Source of the DNA: an uncultured Mycoplasmatota bacterium
Lineage (GTDB): Bacteria; Bacillota_I; Bacilli_A; RF39; UBA660
Assembly (NCBI GenBank): GCA_946494015.1
Contig: CAMMBL010000003.1
Coordinates: 1 to 55,631, forward strand
Length of the DNA stretch: 55,631 nucleotides
Reading direction: 5' to 3'
Shown here: in pieces, positions 18,181 through 27,997 of the stretch
Numbering within the stretch: position 1 is the stretch's first letter
Layout: every line of letters begins with the position of its first letter
Position numbers and translations under genes: made by a program
Notes under the pieces: model-generated
The model's input: the letters and a program-made list of their open reading frames with translations, nothing else
Databases searched by the model: none
What the model was told of the DNA's origin: nothing

Positions 18181-18870
18181 TCATTTATTATTCTCAATAA
18201 TTACCTTTCTCTCATTAATTAATTTAATTAATTCTTTAATAGAATTAATATCTATATCTTTTTCTATCTTCTTTAATAGATTATCTATTTTAATATCTAA
18301 TTCTCTAGTAACATCATTTTCAACTGGATCCATATATTTAACAATTTCATATAAATTTGTTAAATCTTTTTTTATATCCTTATCAGTACAATTATTTAAT
18401 AATATCTCTATTCTTGTTTCTAAATCACTAACTCTTTTAGTTTTATTTACTATTTTTTCTTCTTGATTAATAATTAATTTATTACCATTTATTAAGAAAA
18501 AGAATAATACAAAACTTATAAGTACTAATATTAAATTTAAAATTACAACTATACTTGTATTAATAAAAATAAACTTAGAAAAAACTAGAAGAACAATTGT
18601 TATTATATTTAAGAAAATATAAATATATATTACTGATACATTTAATATATCTTTCTTTAAAATAGAACTTGTATTTTTACATATTACAAATAAAGATAAT
18701 ATATTAAAAATTAAATAGTATAAAAAAGTTATAATAAAACCAAGTTCATTTTGTATTTTTATAGGAATTAATAATATTATTATACTTATAATCAAAACGA
18801 TAATAATACTTGGAATCAAAAAATGCTTTTTACTCATAATTAACTTCTCTCTTTCCCACAATTTGGACAA
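18181..18870 (-). CDS. Four-TM membrane protein with cytoplasmic coiled-coil tail
   Basis: Four hydrophobic segments, then L..L.E.VKYMDPV motif; in operon with the SPFH gene. Confidence 0.7.
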   Translation of the reverse strand: MSKLWEREKLIMSKKHFLIPSIIIVLIISIIILLIPIKIQNELGFIITFLYYLIFNILSLFVICKNTSSILKKDILNVSVIYIYIFLNIITIVLLVFSKFIFINTSIVVILNLILVLISFVLFFFLINGNKLIINQEEKIVNKTKRVSDLETRIEILLNNCTDKDIKKDLTNLYEIVKYMDPVENDVTRELDIKIDNLLKKIEKDIDINSIKELIKLINERKVIIENNK

Positions 18871-19982
18871 TATTTACTATCTTTTTTAAATTTATATCCA
18901 CAAAATTTACATTTTGCTTCTACTCCTAATTTACTTCCACAATTATCACAAAATTGCTGTCCAGCTTCTAATTTATTACCACAATTATCACAATAATGTG
19001 TTTGATTATTATTAACATCATTAATCGCTGAACCAAAAGTACTATTAACAGTAGAACCAATACTTGTCATAATACCAAGCCCAATACCCGCACTACTAAA
19101 GTTTCCAGCTCCTTCATTTTGGGCAATTTTCTCAGCTACATCATACCCTCTTTCTTCTTGATATGAATATCCTTCAGTTTTCCTTTTTTCAGCTATACCT
19201 TCAGCTTCAATTATCATTTTCTTCTTTTCTGTTTCTTGATTAATAACATCTACTTTTTGTTTTAATTCAGCTTCAGCAATATCTGAATATTGTCTAAAAT
19301 ATAATTCTTTAAACTTTTCATATTGTGAATCTCCATCAGGTTTTATAATTGTCGTTATAAAAAAATGTTTTAAATCAATACCATATTCCATAAAATCTGG
19401 AATTAATAATTTTTCCATATCATTAGAAATAATCTCCAATTTTTCATCTATTTCAAATATATTAATTTTATTATCTTTAATATATTTTGAAAGATATGGT
19501 TTTAAATGAATTACAAGAAATGACTTAAAGTAACTAACTAATTTTTCTTTACTTAAATTAGTCTCAGTTCCAACTAACTTTAATAATAATTTCCTAGCAT
19601 CAGATATCGTTATAGCCATCTCACCATTAGCCCCAATACTTAAAGGAAATTTATAAGTTGGTTCAATAAATTGAAGCTTACTATCAGTCCCCCATTTAAT
19701 TGCAAGATGTTCGACTTTATTAATAAAATATATCTCGCAATGAAATTGAGACTCACCATTTGTTGGTATATTAATAAGCTTTGATAGTATAGGAAGATTA
19801 GAAGTTTCTAAAGTATATTTCCCTGCTTTAAATGAATCAAGTGCCTTCCCATCCATAAAGAAAATCGCTTCCTGTGATTCATGAACAATAAGTTGAGATC
19901 CATAGTTAAAATCTTCTTTAGGATGCTTCCATATAATTGTTTCATTATCCCCTTCATATTTAATTACATCTAAAATTTCCAT
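18840..19982 (-). CDS. SPFH/band-7 (YdjI/virion-core-like) protein with C-terminal double zinc ribbon
   Basis: GSQLIVHESQEAIFF.DGKALD.F.AG.YTL.T.NLP, F.CEIYFIN, KWGT; C-terminal CDNCG...FCDNCG...CKFCG...YCPNCG. Confidence 0.85.
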   Translation of the reverse strand: MEILDVIKYEGDNETIIWKHPKEDFNYGSQLIVHESQEAIFFMDGKALDSFKAGKYTLETSNLPILSKLINIPTNGESQFHCEIYFINKVEHLAIKWGTDSKLQFIEPTYKFPLSIGANGEMAITISDARKLLLKLVGTETNLSKEKLVSYFKSFLVIHLKPYLSKYIKDNKINIFEIDEKLEIISNDMEKLLIPDFMEYGIDLKHFFITTIIKPDGDSQYEKFKELYFRQYSDIAEAELKQKVDVINQETEKKKMIIEAEGIAEKRKTEGYSYQEERGYDVAEKIAQNEGAGNFSSAGIGLGIMTSIGSTVNSTFGSAINDVNNNQTHYCDNCGNKLEAGQQFCDNCGSKLGVEAKCKFCGYKFKKDSKYCPNCGKERS

Positions 19983-20076
19983 ATTTACCTCTTTTCTAAA
20001 TCATATTAAAAATTCTTTTTAGCAATATAATTATAACATGATTTTAAAAATAATACTATTTTAAATTATATTTTTA

Positions 20077-20113
20077 TAACTAATATTACTATAAGCCATA
20101 ATAATATTAGTTA
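20077..20113. promoter_or_regulatory. Perfect 12-bp inverted repeat between divergent SPFH and XRE genes (candidate operator)
   Basis: TAACTAATATTA (20077-20088), 13-nt spacer, TAATATTAGTTA (20102-20113). Confidence 0.45.
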
Positions 20114-20140
20114 AAATTTTATTAAAGGAGGTTAAAAGAT

Positions 20141-20579
20141 ATGAATAATATAAAAAAATTCGCTATGTTGTAGTTTTTGGGGGATATCCAATAAAATCAA
20201 TACATTTAATTGCTTATAATATATGCAATTTTAAAAGTTATCCCTCAAATTGTACAACATAGCCAAAAAATTAAGAAAAAATAAAAACATATTACAAACA
20301 AAATTAGCAATAGATCTTAATTTAACACAAGAAGCAATTAGTTCATATGAAACCGAAAGAGTTACTCCAAGTGCTGATATTTTAATAAAACTAGCTGATT
20401 ATTTTAATACTAATATTGACTATTTACTTTGTAGAACTAATTACGATTTACCCATATCTGATATTAAACCTACTAACATAAATGAAGAACAATTTCAATT
20501 ATTAACAAAAATAAATAAACTTTCAAAAATTGATATAGCAAAAGTTGAAGGATATATAGATGGATTAATTTCCAAATAA
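20141..20579 (+). pseudogene. XRE-family HTH regulator interrupted after codon 6 by a MITE
   Basis: AGGAGG RBS and ATG at 20141 (MNNIKK); removing the MITE plus one target duplication joins in frame to LRKNKNILQTKLAIDLNLTQEAISSYE (108 aa). The tracked 20250 TTG start lies inside the MITE. Confidence 0.8.
20161..20264. mobile_element. 104-bp MITE, probably IS1595-family derived
   Basis: 26-bp imperfect TIRs (CGCTATGTTGTAGTTTTTGGGGGATA and reverse complement GGCTATGTTGTACAATTTGAGGGATA); 8-bp duplication AAAAAATT at 20153-20160 and 20265-20272. Confidence 0.85.
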
Positions 20580-20605
20580 ATAGTTCTATCTAAATTTATA
20601 TAATA

Positions 20606-20655
20606 AAAAAAGAGACTGTCTAAAGATTATAACCTATCTTAACAGTCTCTTTTAT
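20606..20655. terminator. Bidirectional terminator between the XRE gene and pheT
   Basis: AAAAAAAGAGACTGT ... ACAGTCTCTTTTT. Confidence 0.65.
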
Positions 20656-20660
20656 AAATT

Positions 20661-23084
20661 TTATTCTCTACGAAGTTCTGCTCCACATTTATCATTAAGT
20701 ATCTTTATAATATTGTTCATACTATCATTAATTTGTTCTGAATTCATTGTACTATCATCATTACCTATTTTAATATGTAACATAATTGACTTTTTACCAT
20801 CAGGTATTTGATCACCTTTATATTCTTCAATAAACTCAAGATACTTAACTTTAGACTTAATAGCCTTAGAAATTTCTTCAAAAGTAACATCATTATCTAC
20901 TAAGATTGATAAATCTTTTGCCACTAATGGAAATTGTGGTAAAGCTTCAAAATTATTTGTTCTAGATGCATATGGAATAAATTTATCTGAATTAAGTTCA
21001 AAAACAGCTACATTAGTACGTTTTATCTTACTTTCCATCATAGTAAAGACAGATACTAAACCAAATGATCCTATAATTTCATTTTTACAAACCACATTTA
21101 AATAAACATCACTATCAGCCCATGAAGGTTTTTCTTTCTTTACAAAAGACAATTCTTCCATATGACAATATGAAGCCATAGATTCTATAACACCTTTAAG
21201 TTCATAAAATATTTTCTTAGCATCCTTACCAACAATACAGCCTGTTAAATATTTTTTATGAATTGGTAATGTTTCCTCTAAAGTAGATTCATGATATTCT
21301 CCCTTTTCAAAAACTTGTGCTATTTCAAACATTTTAAAATTATCAAAATATCTTAAATTCTTAGATACAGCTTCAAGCATTCCTGGTACAAGAGAACTTC
21401 TAAGAGTAGCTAAAGTTGGTGATGGTGGAGTAGCTAATCTAACAGAATTAGTAGTATCTATTTTAGCAGCATTAATATATTTAATATCTATCCAAGGATA
21501 AGTATATATTTCATTAAAACCACATCTAAATGCTAAATATTCTCTTAATCTTCTTTCTAATAAAACATCATTTTGCCTTACAGCATGATCAAATTTTATA
21601 GTTAAAGGTTTAGGTTCAAAACTTTGATAACCTAAAAGCCTTGCTATATCACCCATAACATCATCTTTAATAGAAACATCTCCAGTTGATCTCCATACTG
21701 GCGCTATAACATGATAAATGTTATTCTTATATTCTACATCATAACCAAGTAATTTAAGGACTTTCTCTATAGTTTCTCTAGTTAAAACTTTTCCTAATCT
21801 TATATCTAAAAATTCTTGTGGTACATCAATTACGCTTCTTTTTGTTTTAACTGGATAATTATCTCCATAAGCAACAACTTTACTTTCTTTAAATAATTCT
21901 TTAATTAATTGTAAAGACATAGAAACTCCTAAATCAACCCGTTCTGTATCCATGTTTTTCTCATATCTAATAGAAGCATCTGTTTTCTCATCAAATCTTT
22001 TACCTGTTTTTCTAATTGTTCCAGCAGTAAAATTGGCAACTTCTAATACAATTCCTTTAGTATCAGGAAGTATAGAATCTTTTTTCCCGCCACGAATACC
22101 AGCAAGACCAATAGCATTATTAACATCACTAATAACTAAATCATCTTCAGTAAAATTAAGAGTAGCATTATCAAGTAATAATAACTTCTCACCTTTTCTT
22201 GCATTTCTAACAATTATTTTTTCTCCTTCAACATGTGTTCTATCAAAAGCATGTAAAGGTTGGCCAACCGCTAACATTACATAATTAGTAATATCTACAA
22301 TAGCACTAATTGGTCTCATACCACCATTTATAATTAAAGCTTTCATCCATAAAGGTGATTCTTTAACATATACATTTTCAATCTCAATACCCACATATCT
22401 TTGACATTTTGTAGGTTCTTTTATCTCTATTTTATATTCAGGTAGATTAGGATCAATATCTATTTTAGGCAATTCCTTAAGTGGTACATCATAAATAGCT
22501 GATAATTCTCTAGCAATTCCATAATGTCCCCATAAATCTGGTCTGTTTGTTAAAGATTTATTATCAATTTCAAAAACTGTATCATTCATAAAAACAATAT
22601 CAGCAATATTTTGACCAGGCTTACAATCAACATCTTTAAGATCAACTATTTCAGAACTATCTTTCGCAGGAAAGAAATAGTCTAAATAAACTTCACAAGC
22701 AGAACAAATCATACCATAAGATTCTTCTCCTCGTATTTTAGACTTTCCAATTGTAACAGGTTCCCCTTCACCATGCCAAACTACTTTAGCACCTGGCTTA
22801 GATACAACAACATACTCTCCTTTATATAAATTAGAACCTCCACAAACAATTTGCACAGGATGATCTTCACCAATATCTGTAATACAAATTCTAAGCTCAT
22901 CAGCATTTGGATGATTTTTTACTTCTAAAATTTTACCAACAACTATATCACGATATTTTTCACTAGTATCTAAAACATCTTCTACTTCTACAGTTCTAAG
23001 TGTTAAATCATATGCTATTTGTTTAGGGGTTAAATCTTTTGGTAAATCTATATATTTTTTTATCCAATTTAATGATACTTTCAT
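20661..23084 (-). CDS. pheT: Phenylalanine--tRNA ligase beta subunit
   Basis: MKVSLNWI, HPNADEL, IVCGGSN, tRNA-binding RGEESYGMICS, NRPDLWGHYGIAREL, B3/4, B5 and FDX-ACB domains. Confidence 0.96.
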   Translation of the reverse strand: MKVSLNWIKKYIDLPKDLTPKQIAYDLTLRTVEVEDVLDTSEKYRDIVVGKILEVKNHPNADELRICITDIGEDHPVQIVCGGSNLYKGEYVVVSKPGAKVVWHGEGEPVTIGKSKIRGEESYGMICSACEVYLDYFFPAKDSSEIVDLKDVDCKPGQNIADIVFMNDTVFEIDNKSLTNRPDLWGHYGIARELSAIYDVPLKELPKIDIDPNLPEYKIEIKEPTKCQRYVGIEIENVYVKESPLWMKALIINGGMRPISAIVDITNYVMLAVGQPLHAFDRTHVEGEKIIVRNARKGEKLLLLDNATLNFTEDDLVISDVNNAIGLAGIRGGKKDSILPDTKGIVLEVANFTAGTIRKTGKRFDEKTDASIRYEKNMDTERVDLGVSMSLQLIKELFKESKVVAYGDNYPVKTKRSVIDVPQEFLDIRLGKVLTRETIEKVLKLLGYDVEYKNNIYHVIAPVWRSTGDVSIKDDVMGDIARLLGYQSFEPKPLTIKFDHAVRQNDVLLERRLREYLAFRCGFNEIYTYPWIDIKYINAAKIDTTNSVRLATPPSPTLATLRSSLVPGMLEAVSKNLRYFDNFKMFEIAQVFEKGEYHESTLEETLPIHKKYLTGCIVGKDAKKIFYELKGVIESMASYCHMEELSFVKKEKPSWADSDVYLNVVCKNEIIGSFGLVSVFTMMESKIKRTNVAVFELNSDKFIPYASRTNNFEALPQFPLVAKDLSILVDNDVTFEEISKAIKSKVKYLEFIEEYKGDQIPDGKKSIMLHIKIGNDDSTMNSEQINDSMNNIIKILNDKCGAELRRE

Positions 23085-23097
23085 ATACTCTCTCCTC

Positions 23098-24135
23098 CTA
23101 TTTAAATTGATCTAAAAATCTTAAATCAGCACTGTGGAATAATCTAATATCATCTACTCCATAACGCATCATTACAAGTCTTTCTAAACCTATATTAACA
23201 TAAAATCCTGTCCATTCATCTGGGTCAAGACCAGCTGATTTTAATACATTAGGATGAATAACACCACCTGGCATTATCTCTAACCAACCATTATGTTTAC
23301 AAACCTTACATCCTTTACCACCACAAACTAAACATTCCATATCAATTTCATATCCTGGTTCGACAAATGGGAAAAATCCTTCTCTCATTCTAACCTTTAT
23401 CTCACGTCCAAAAACTTTCTCTAAAATAGTTTGAATCATTACCATTCCAGATGAAAATGACATATCTTTATCAACTATTAATGCTTCATATTGAAAGAAA
23501 GCTCTTTCATGTCCAGAATCAATATCTTCATTTCGATATACCCTTCCTGGATATACAAAACGTGCTGGCGCTCCATGTTTTAATAAATATCTAACAGATG
23601 CTCCAGTTAAATGTGGCCTAAGACATAATCTTTCATTAGCAGCCTTATCTTCAGTTCCCTCTAACCAATAAGTATCCATCATTTGTCTTGCTGGATGATC
23701 TGGAGCAAAGTTTAAATTATCAAAAGCAAACTTTTCACTACTAATATCATCTTCACTAAACACTTCAAAACCAAGTGATAAAAAGGCATCATTCAAATCA
23801 TAACACATTTGCGTAATAGGATGAAGTGTACCTCTATTAATTTTCGTACCCGGTAATGTTAAATCAATAGGTTCATCTAATACTTTTTTAGATGCTACAA
23901 TCATATCTTCTTTTTCTTTTAACTTATCTAAAAATATATTTTTAATCTCAGTTGTTTTAATACCTATTTCTTTTCTTTCATCTAATGATAAACTTCCAAG
24001 ACTCTTTAAAACTTTAGAAAGCTCACTTTTCTTACCAGTAAGATTTTTTCTAACTTCTTGCAACTCTGAAATACTATTTGCATTTTCAATTTCTTTTAAA
24101 CCTTGAGTTTGAATTTCCTCTAACTTTTCTTTCAT
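23098..24135 (-). CDS. pheS: Phenylalanine--tRNA ligase alpha subunit
   Basis: HPARQMMDTY, PGRVYRNE, FFPFVEPG, C..CGG.GC..CK..GWLEI, G.ERL.M.RYG..DIRLF. Confidence 0.97.
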   Translation of the reverse strand: MKEKLEEIQTQGLKEIENANSISELQEVRKNLTGKKSELSKVLKSLGSLSLDERKEIGIKTTEIKNIFLDKLKEKEDMIVASKKVLDEPIDLTLPGTKINRGTLHPITQMCYDLNDAFLSLGFEVFSEDDISSEKFAFDNLNFAPDHPARQMMDTYWLEGTEDKAANERLCLRPHLTGASVRYLLKHGAPARFVYPGRVYRNEDIDSGHERAFFQYEALIVDKDMSFSSGMVMIQTILEKVFGREIKVRMREGFFPFVEPGYEIDMECLVCGGKGCKVCKHNGWLEIMPGGVIHPNVLKSAGLDPDEWTGFYVNIGLERLVMMRYGVDDIRLFHSADLRFLDQFK

Positions 24136-24185
24136 AATCTTCTTCCTTTCTTATAAACTTAATAAAGCAACATACGAAGTCATAA

Positions 24186-24410
24186 AAATAAAAACGAGCA
24201 ACCATCCCGAAAGGACGAATTGCTCGTGGTACCACCTTTGTTCATAGTATTTCTACTACCTCTTATAGATTAACGCTCTAATACGATTTGACTCCGTTAT
24301 TGAAATTCATTAACTTGCCTTATCTACTATGGTTCTCAGTCGCTGACCATAATTTCCTGTATAGAGTTTCAAATTAACTACTTAGATAACATCTAAATCA
24401 ACAAATTTCT
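24186..24410 (-). promoter_or_regulatory. T-box riboswitch (Phe) with terminator
   Basis: Minus strand AAAGGTGGTACCACG T-box, GACTGAG stem I apex, GAATTTC with a UUC specifier, terminator CGAGCAA...TTGCTCG-TTTTT. Confidence 0.88.
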
Positions 24411-24474
24411 ATTTGATTATAGTATAGTTTATTATTTTTGTCAAATTTTAAATACATTTTTTATAAATAATATC

Positions 24475-25854
24475 TTAAGCATTCATTAAGAAAGCTAAAT
24501 AACCACGATATGCTTCATAAATATCAACTTTACTAGTAACTTCAAATGGTGCATGCATATTTAAAACTCCAATTCCCCCATCTATTACTTTAACATTTAA
24601 ATTAGCAAGAATATAAGCAATAGTACCACCACCACCAGCATCTACTTTACCAAGTTCAGAAATTTGATAAGAAACATTTTCACTATCTAAAATATTTCTA
24701 ATATCAGCAATAAACTCAGCATCAGCATCATTACTACCACTCTTACCACGAGATCCTGTATACTTACAGAAAACTAAACCACGAGAAAGATATGAAGAAT
24801 TACGTTTATCCATAACAGATGAATATAAAGGATCATATGCAGCATTAACATCACTAGATAACATCTTAGAGTTTGCAAACACTCGTCTTACAGAAACCAA
24901 ACTATCTTCATGAAGTAAATGACAAATTTCAGCTACAGTATTTTCATAAAACTTAGATTCCATTCCTGTCGCTCCAACACTACCTATTTCTTCTTTATCT
25001 ACTAAAATACAACTTAAAGTCTTATCTGTAACTTCAGCATCAAGAAAAGCCATAAGAGATGAATAAGCACAACTTCTATCATCTTGACCATAGGCTAATA
25101 CCATACTCCTATCAAAGCCCATATCACGAGCACTTCCAGCTGGTACTACTTCTATTTCACTAGATAGAAAATCATCTTCCATAATATCATATTTTTCTTT
25201 TAATAAAGCTAAAACATTCGCTTTTACGCTTTCTTTTTCCTCTCCTTTTAAAGGCATATTACCAATTAAAACATCTAAAGCTTCTCCTTCAATTAAATTA
25301 GAAGCATTCTTCTTCATCTGTTCACTTGCTAAATGAGGAAGTAAATCAGTTATACAAAATACAGGATCTAAAGCATCCTCTCCAATATTAACCTCTATCT
25401 TACTACCATCTTTTTTCACAATAACTCCATGAAGGGCTAAAGGAATAGTAGTCCATTGGTATTTTTTTATTCCTCCATAATAATGAGTATCAAAATATGC
25501 AAAATCAGTATCTTCATATAAAGGATTAGCTTTTAAATCAAGTCTAGGCGAATCAATATGAGCCCCTAAAATATTCATTCCCTTAGTAATAGATTCGTTT
25601 CCAATTATAAAAAGAGCGACAGCCTTTCCTCTATTATCAGCATAAATCTTATCACCAGCTTTTAATTTTTTATCTTTATCAATATAATCTAAAATATTAC
25701 AAAAGCCTTTAGCTTCAGCTCTTTTAATAATTTCTTTATTACATTCTCTTTCTGTCTTTGCCAAAGATAAAAACTTCTTATAATCTTCTCCCATCTCTAA
25801 AATTTTAGAAACTTCTACAGCATCATATTTTTTCCATATATTTTCTTTCACCAC
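24475..25854 (-). CDS. M18 family aminopeptidase (ApeA-like)
   Basis: GAHIDSPRLDLK, YGQDDRSC, DKEEIGS, SSDV.AA.DP, NMHAPFE. Confidence 0.92.
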   Translation of the reverse strand: MVKENIWKKYDAVEVSKILEMGEDYKKFLSLAKTERECNKEIIKRAEAKGFCNILDYIDKDKKLKAGDKIYADNRGKAVALFIIGNESITKGMNILGAHIDSPRLDLKANPLYEDTDFAYFDTHYYGGIKKYQWTTIPLALHGVIVKKDGSKIEVNIGEDALDPVFCITDLLPHLASEQMKKNASNLIEGEALDVLIGNMPLKGEEKESVKANVLALLKEKYDIMEDDFLSSEIEVVPAGSARDMGFDRSMVLAYGQDDRSCAYSSLMAFLDAEVTDKTLSCILVDKEEIGSVGATGMESKFYENTVAEICHLLHEDSLVSVRRVFANSKMLSSDVNAAYDPLYSSVMDKRNSSYLSRGLVFCKYTGSRGKSGSNDADAEFIADIRNILDSENVSYQISELGKVDAGGGGTIAYILANLNVKVIDGGIGVLNMHAPFEVTSKVDIYEAYRGYLAFLMNA

Positions 25855-25920
25855 AAATCATCCTTTCTTATTGTAGTATACCACAAATAAATCAAATTAC
25901 ACTATCACAGCCAATATTAA

Positions 25921-26553
25921 TTATAACGTTTTATCTAAAGATACAGGTTTTAAAGCTTTCATAAATTCTAATTCTATAATTGATCTAAAAGCTCTACCTT
26001 TATCAATAACTTCATTAATAGCATCTTTATCAACATTAGCCCATGAAAAGTTAACTTCCCCTATTGGAAGTTCTCTACTCTTAGAATTTGCATATTCTCT
26101 TATAAACTCTCTAATAGTTCTACCATTACCTTCTCTAAACGGATGAATATTTAAAAGTTCAACATAATAAGTAGCAAGAAAAGAAGCAAAAGAAAACTTA
26201 GAATCAACAGTTTTAATTTCTTCATTCATCATTTTAAAAGTATAATCTAGTCTATAATCAATTTCTTCTACTGGAGCAAAATAAGAATTATTTTTTCCCA
26301 TATAAACAGTTCTATTTTTACCAGCAAAGGGATAAATATCTGAAAACAAATAAAAATGAATCATTCGCAAATGAGCAGTATCAAAATTCATATCAATTGG
26401 CTGCTTATATAATGAAACCATCTTCTCAAAAGTTATTTCAATTTCTTTTCTTTTTAATTCTTCTTTATCAGTTATACCTAAATTATTTTTCAAAACATCA
26501 CTACTAGGTATAAAATATTCATTCCATCTCTTTGTATTTTCAGCATCACTCAT
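25921..26553 (-). CDS. Fic-domain protein (canonical AMPylase motif)
   Basis: HPFREGNGRTIR; IH.YLF.DIY.FAGK.R.V. Confidence 0.9.
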   Translation of the reverse strand: MSDAENTKRWNEYFIPSSDVLKNNLGITDKEELKRKEIEITFEKMVSLYKQPIDMNFDTAHLRMIHFYLFSDIYPFAGKNRTVYMGKNNSYFAPVEEIDYRLDYTFKMMNEEIKTVDSKFSFASFLATYYVELLNIHPFREGNGRTIREFIREYANSKSRELPIGEVNFSWANVDKDAINEVIDKGRAFRSIIELEFMKALKPVSLDKTL

Positions 26554-26556
26554 AAA

Positions 26557-26721
26557 CTAAAGCCTCTCTTTATTTTTTAATACTAATTTTTTTTCTTCTT
26601 TTCTTTGTATATCCATTTCTTCTTTAACTTTCTCTATTATTAAATTAGGAACTATAAGAAAATCCATAGCAAAAGATGCTAAAACATCATCTATAATCTT
26701 ATTATTTACATCTCCCATCAT
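26557..26721 (-). CDS. Unannotated 54-aa ORF upstream of fic (candidate VbhA-like antitoxin)
   Basis: GAGGT RBS; MMGDVNNKIIDDVLASFAMDFLIVPNLIIEKVKEEMDIQRKEEKKLVLKNKERL; stop 3 nt before the fic ATG. Confidence 0.55.
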   Translation of the reverse strand: MMGDVNNKIIDDVLASFAMDFLIVPNLIIEKVKEEMDIQRKEEKKLVLKNKERL

Positions 26722-26778
26722 AAAACTACCTCTTATTAATATAATATCATAAAACTAATAGTATGATACATTAAATTA

Positions 26779-27990
26779 TTACTTATATAATATATCTATA
26801 TCAACAAAACCATTAATACCATCAATAACTCCATCTTGACATAACTGCCACATCATATAATCTTTATCATAATCAGTTTTCTCAGTATAATGAGCAAGCC
26901 ATACTTGATTAGTGTTATATTTCCAAATAGCATTTAAATAATTCTTACTACCATAAAGCATAGTTTTATACCCTTTATCTTCTAAAGTAGAAAAATAAGA
27001 CTTTGCAACTTCATTTAACTCAAATAAACTAAGATTCATAGTATTAAATGAAGAAAAGCATTCAAAATCAAAAGCAATTGGTAAAGTAATATTATAATCT
27101 TTTATTTGCTTAATTATCCATCTAGCCTGTTTCTTAGCTTCTTTATTACTATCAGCATAAGAATAAAAATATATTCCTACTTTTAAATCATTTTTTAGGG
27201 CTTCTTTAATATTTCTTTTAAAGTAAGGATCAAGAACATATTCGCCTCCTACTCCATTTTGATGCCCTACACGAATAATAACAAACTCAGCTCCAGCTTC
27301 TTTTACTTTAGAAAAATCTATCGCTCCTTGCCATTTTGAAACATCTATACCAACTAAAGTATCATTAGTTTTATGCTTAGTAACTATTTCTTTAAAATCA
27401 GTATAAGTAATATCACTATTACCGCCACCTCCAGTTACTTCTCTTGGTTCATAAACATACAAAGTAAAATCTACACTTTCTTTATTACCACTACTATCTT
27501 TAGCTTCATAAGTTAAAGAATAGTTCCCAGCTGTATTTAAATCATAATCTCCTATAATTTTACAACTAGGATTACTATCATAATTATCAGCACAGAGTAT
27601 CTCATCTTCTAAATTAACATCATCTCCTACTCTAACACTATAACTATTAGAAAGCCATATTAAAGGTTCCTCTAAGTCTTTTACTTCAACTTCAAAAGTA
27701 CCTATTCTTTTCTTATTGTCACTATTTAAATAAAGAAATTCTATATCAATTTTACCTAACTTATTAGTATTAATTTTATTATTATCAATAACTTTACCAT
27801 CAATATCTTTAATAAAATCTTTTACTTTAACATCACTATAAACATTAACAGTTAAATCATCTTTTAATGTAAAAGAACTATTATCTAAAACTATTCTATT
27901 ATTAAAATAAATTATTAAAACTATAATAAATATTAAAAAAATAAATATAGATGATATTATAATAACTTTATTTTTATTCAAAACTACCAC
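26779..27990 (-). CDS. Membrane-anchored GH25 muramidase with Ig-like (DUF5011-type) domains
   Basis: N-terminal TM; VGIDVSKWQG.IDF, AEFVIIRVG, GIYFYSYA, PIAFDFE, WLAHY, MWQ...G..DGI.G.VD.D. Confidence 0.88.
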   Translation of the reverse strand: MVVLNKNKVIIISSIFIFLIFIIVLIIYFNNRIVLDNSSFTLKDDLTVNVYSDVKVKDFIKDIDGKVIDNNKINTNKLGKIDIEFLYLNSDNKKRIGTFEVEVKDLEEPLIWLSNSYSVRVGDDVNLEDEILCADNYDSNPSCKIIGDYDLNTAGNYSLTYEAKDSSGNKESVDFTLYVYEPREVTGGGGNSDITYTDFKEIVTKHKTNDTLVGIDVSKWQGAIDFSKVKEAGAEFVIIRVGHQNGVGGEYVLDPYFKRNIKEALKNDLKVGIYFYSYADSNKEAKKQARWIIKQIKDYNITLPIAFDFECFSSFNTMNLSLFELNEVAKSYFSTLEDKGYKTMLYGSKNYLNAIWKYNTNQVWLAHYTEKTDYDKDYMMWQLCQDGVIDGINGFVDIDILYK

Positions 27991-27997
27991 CTCAATT

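Noticed and set aside
20250-20579. Intact 109-aa XRE gene starting at TTG 20250
   Set aside because: That start lies in the MITE's right inverted repeat with no SD; the true RBS and ATG are at about 20126 and 20141.
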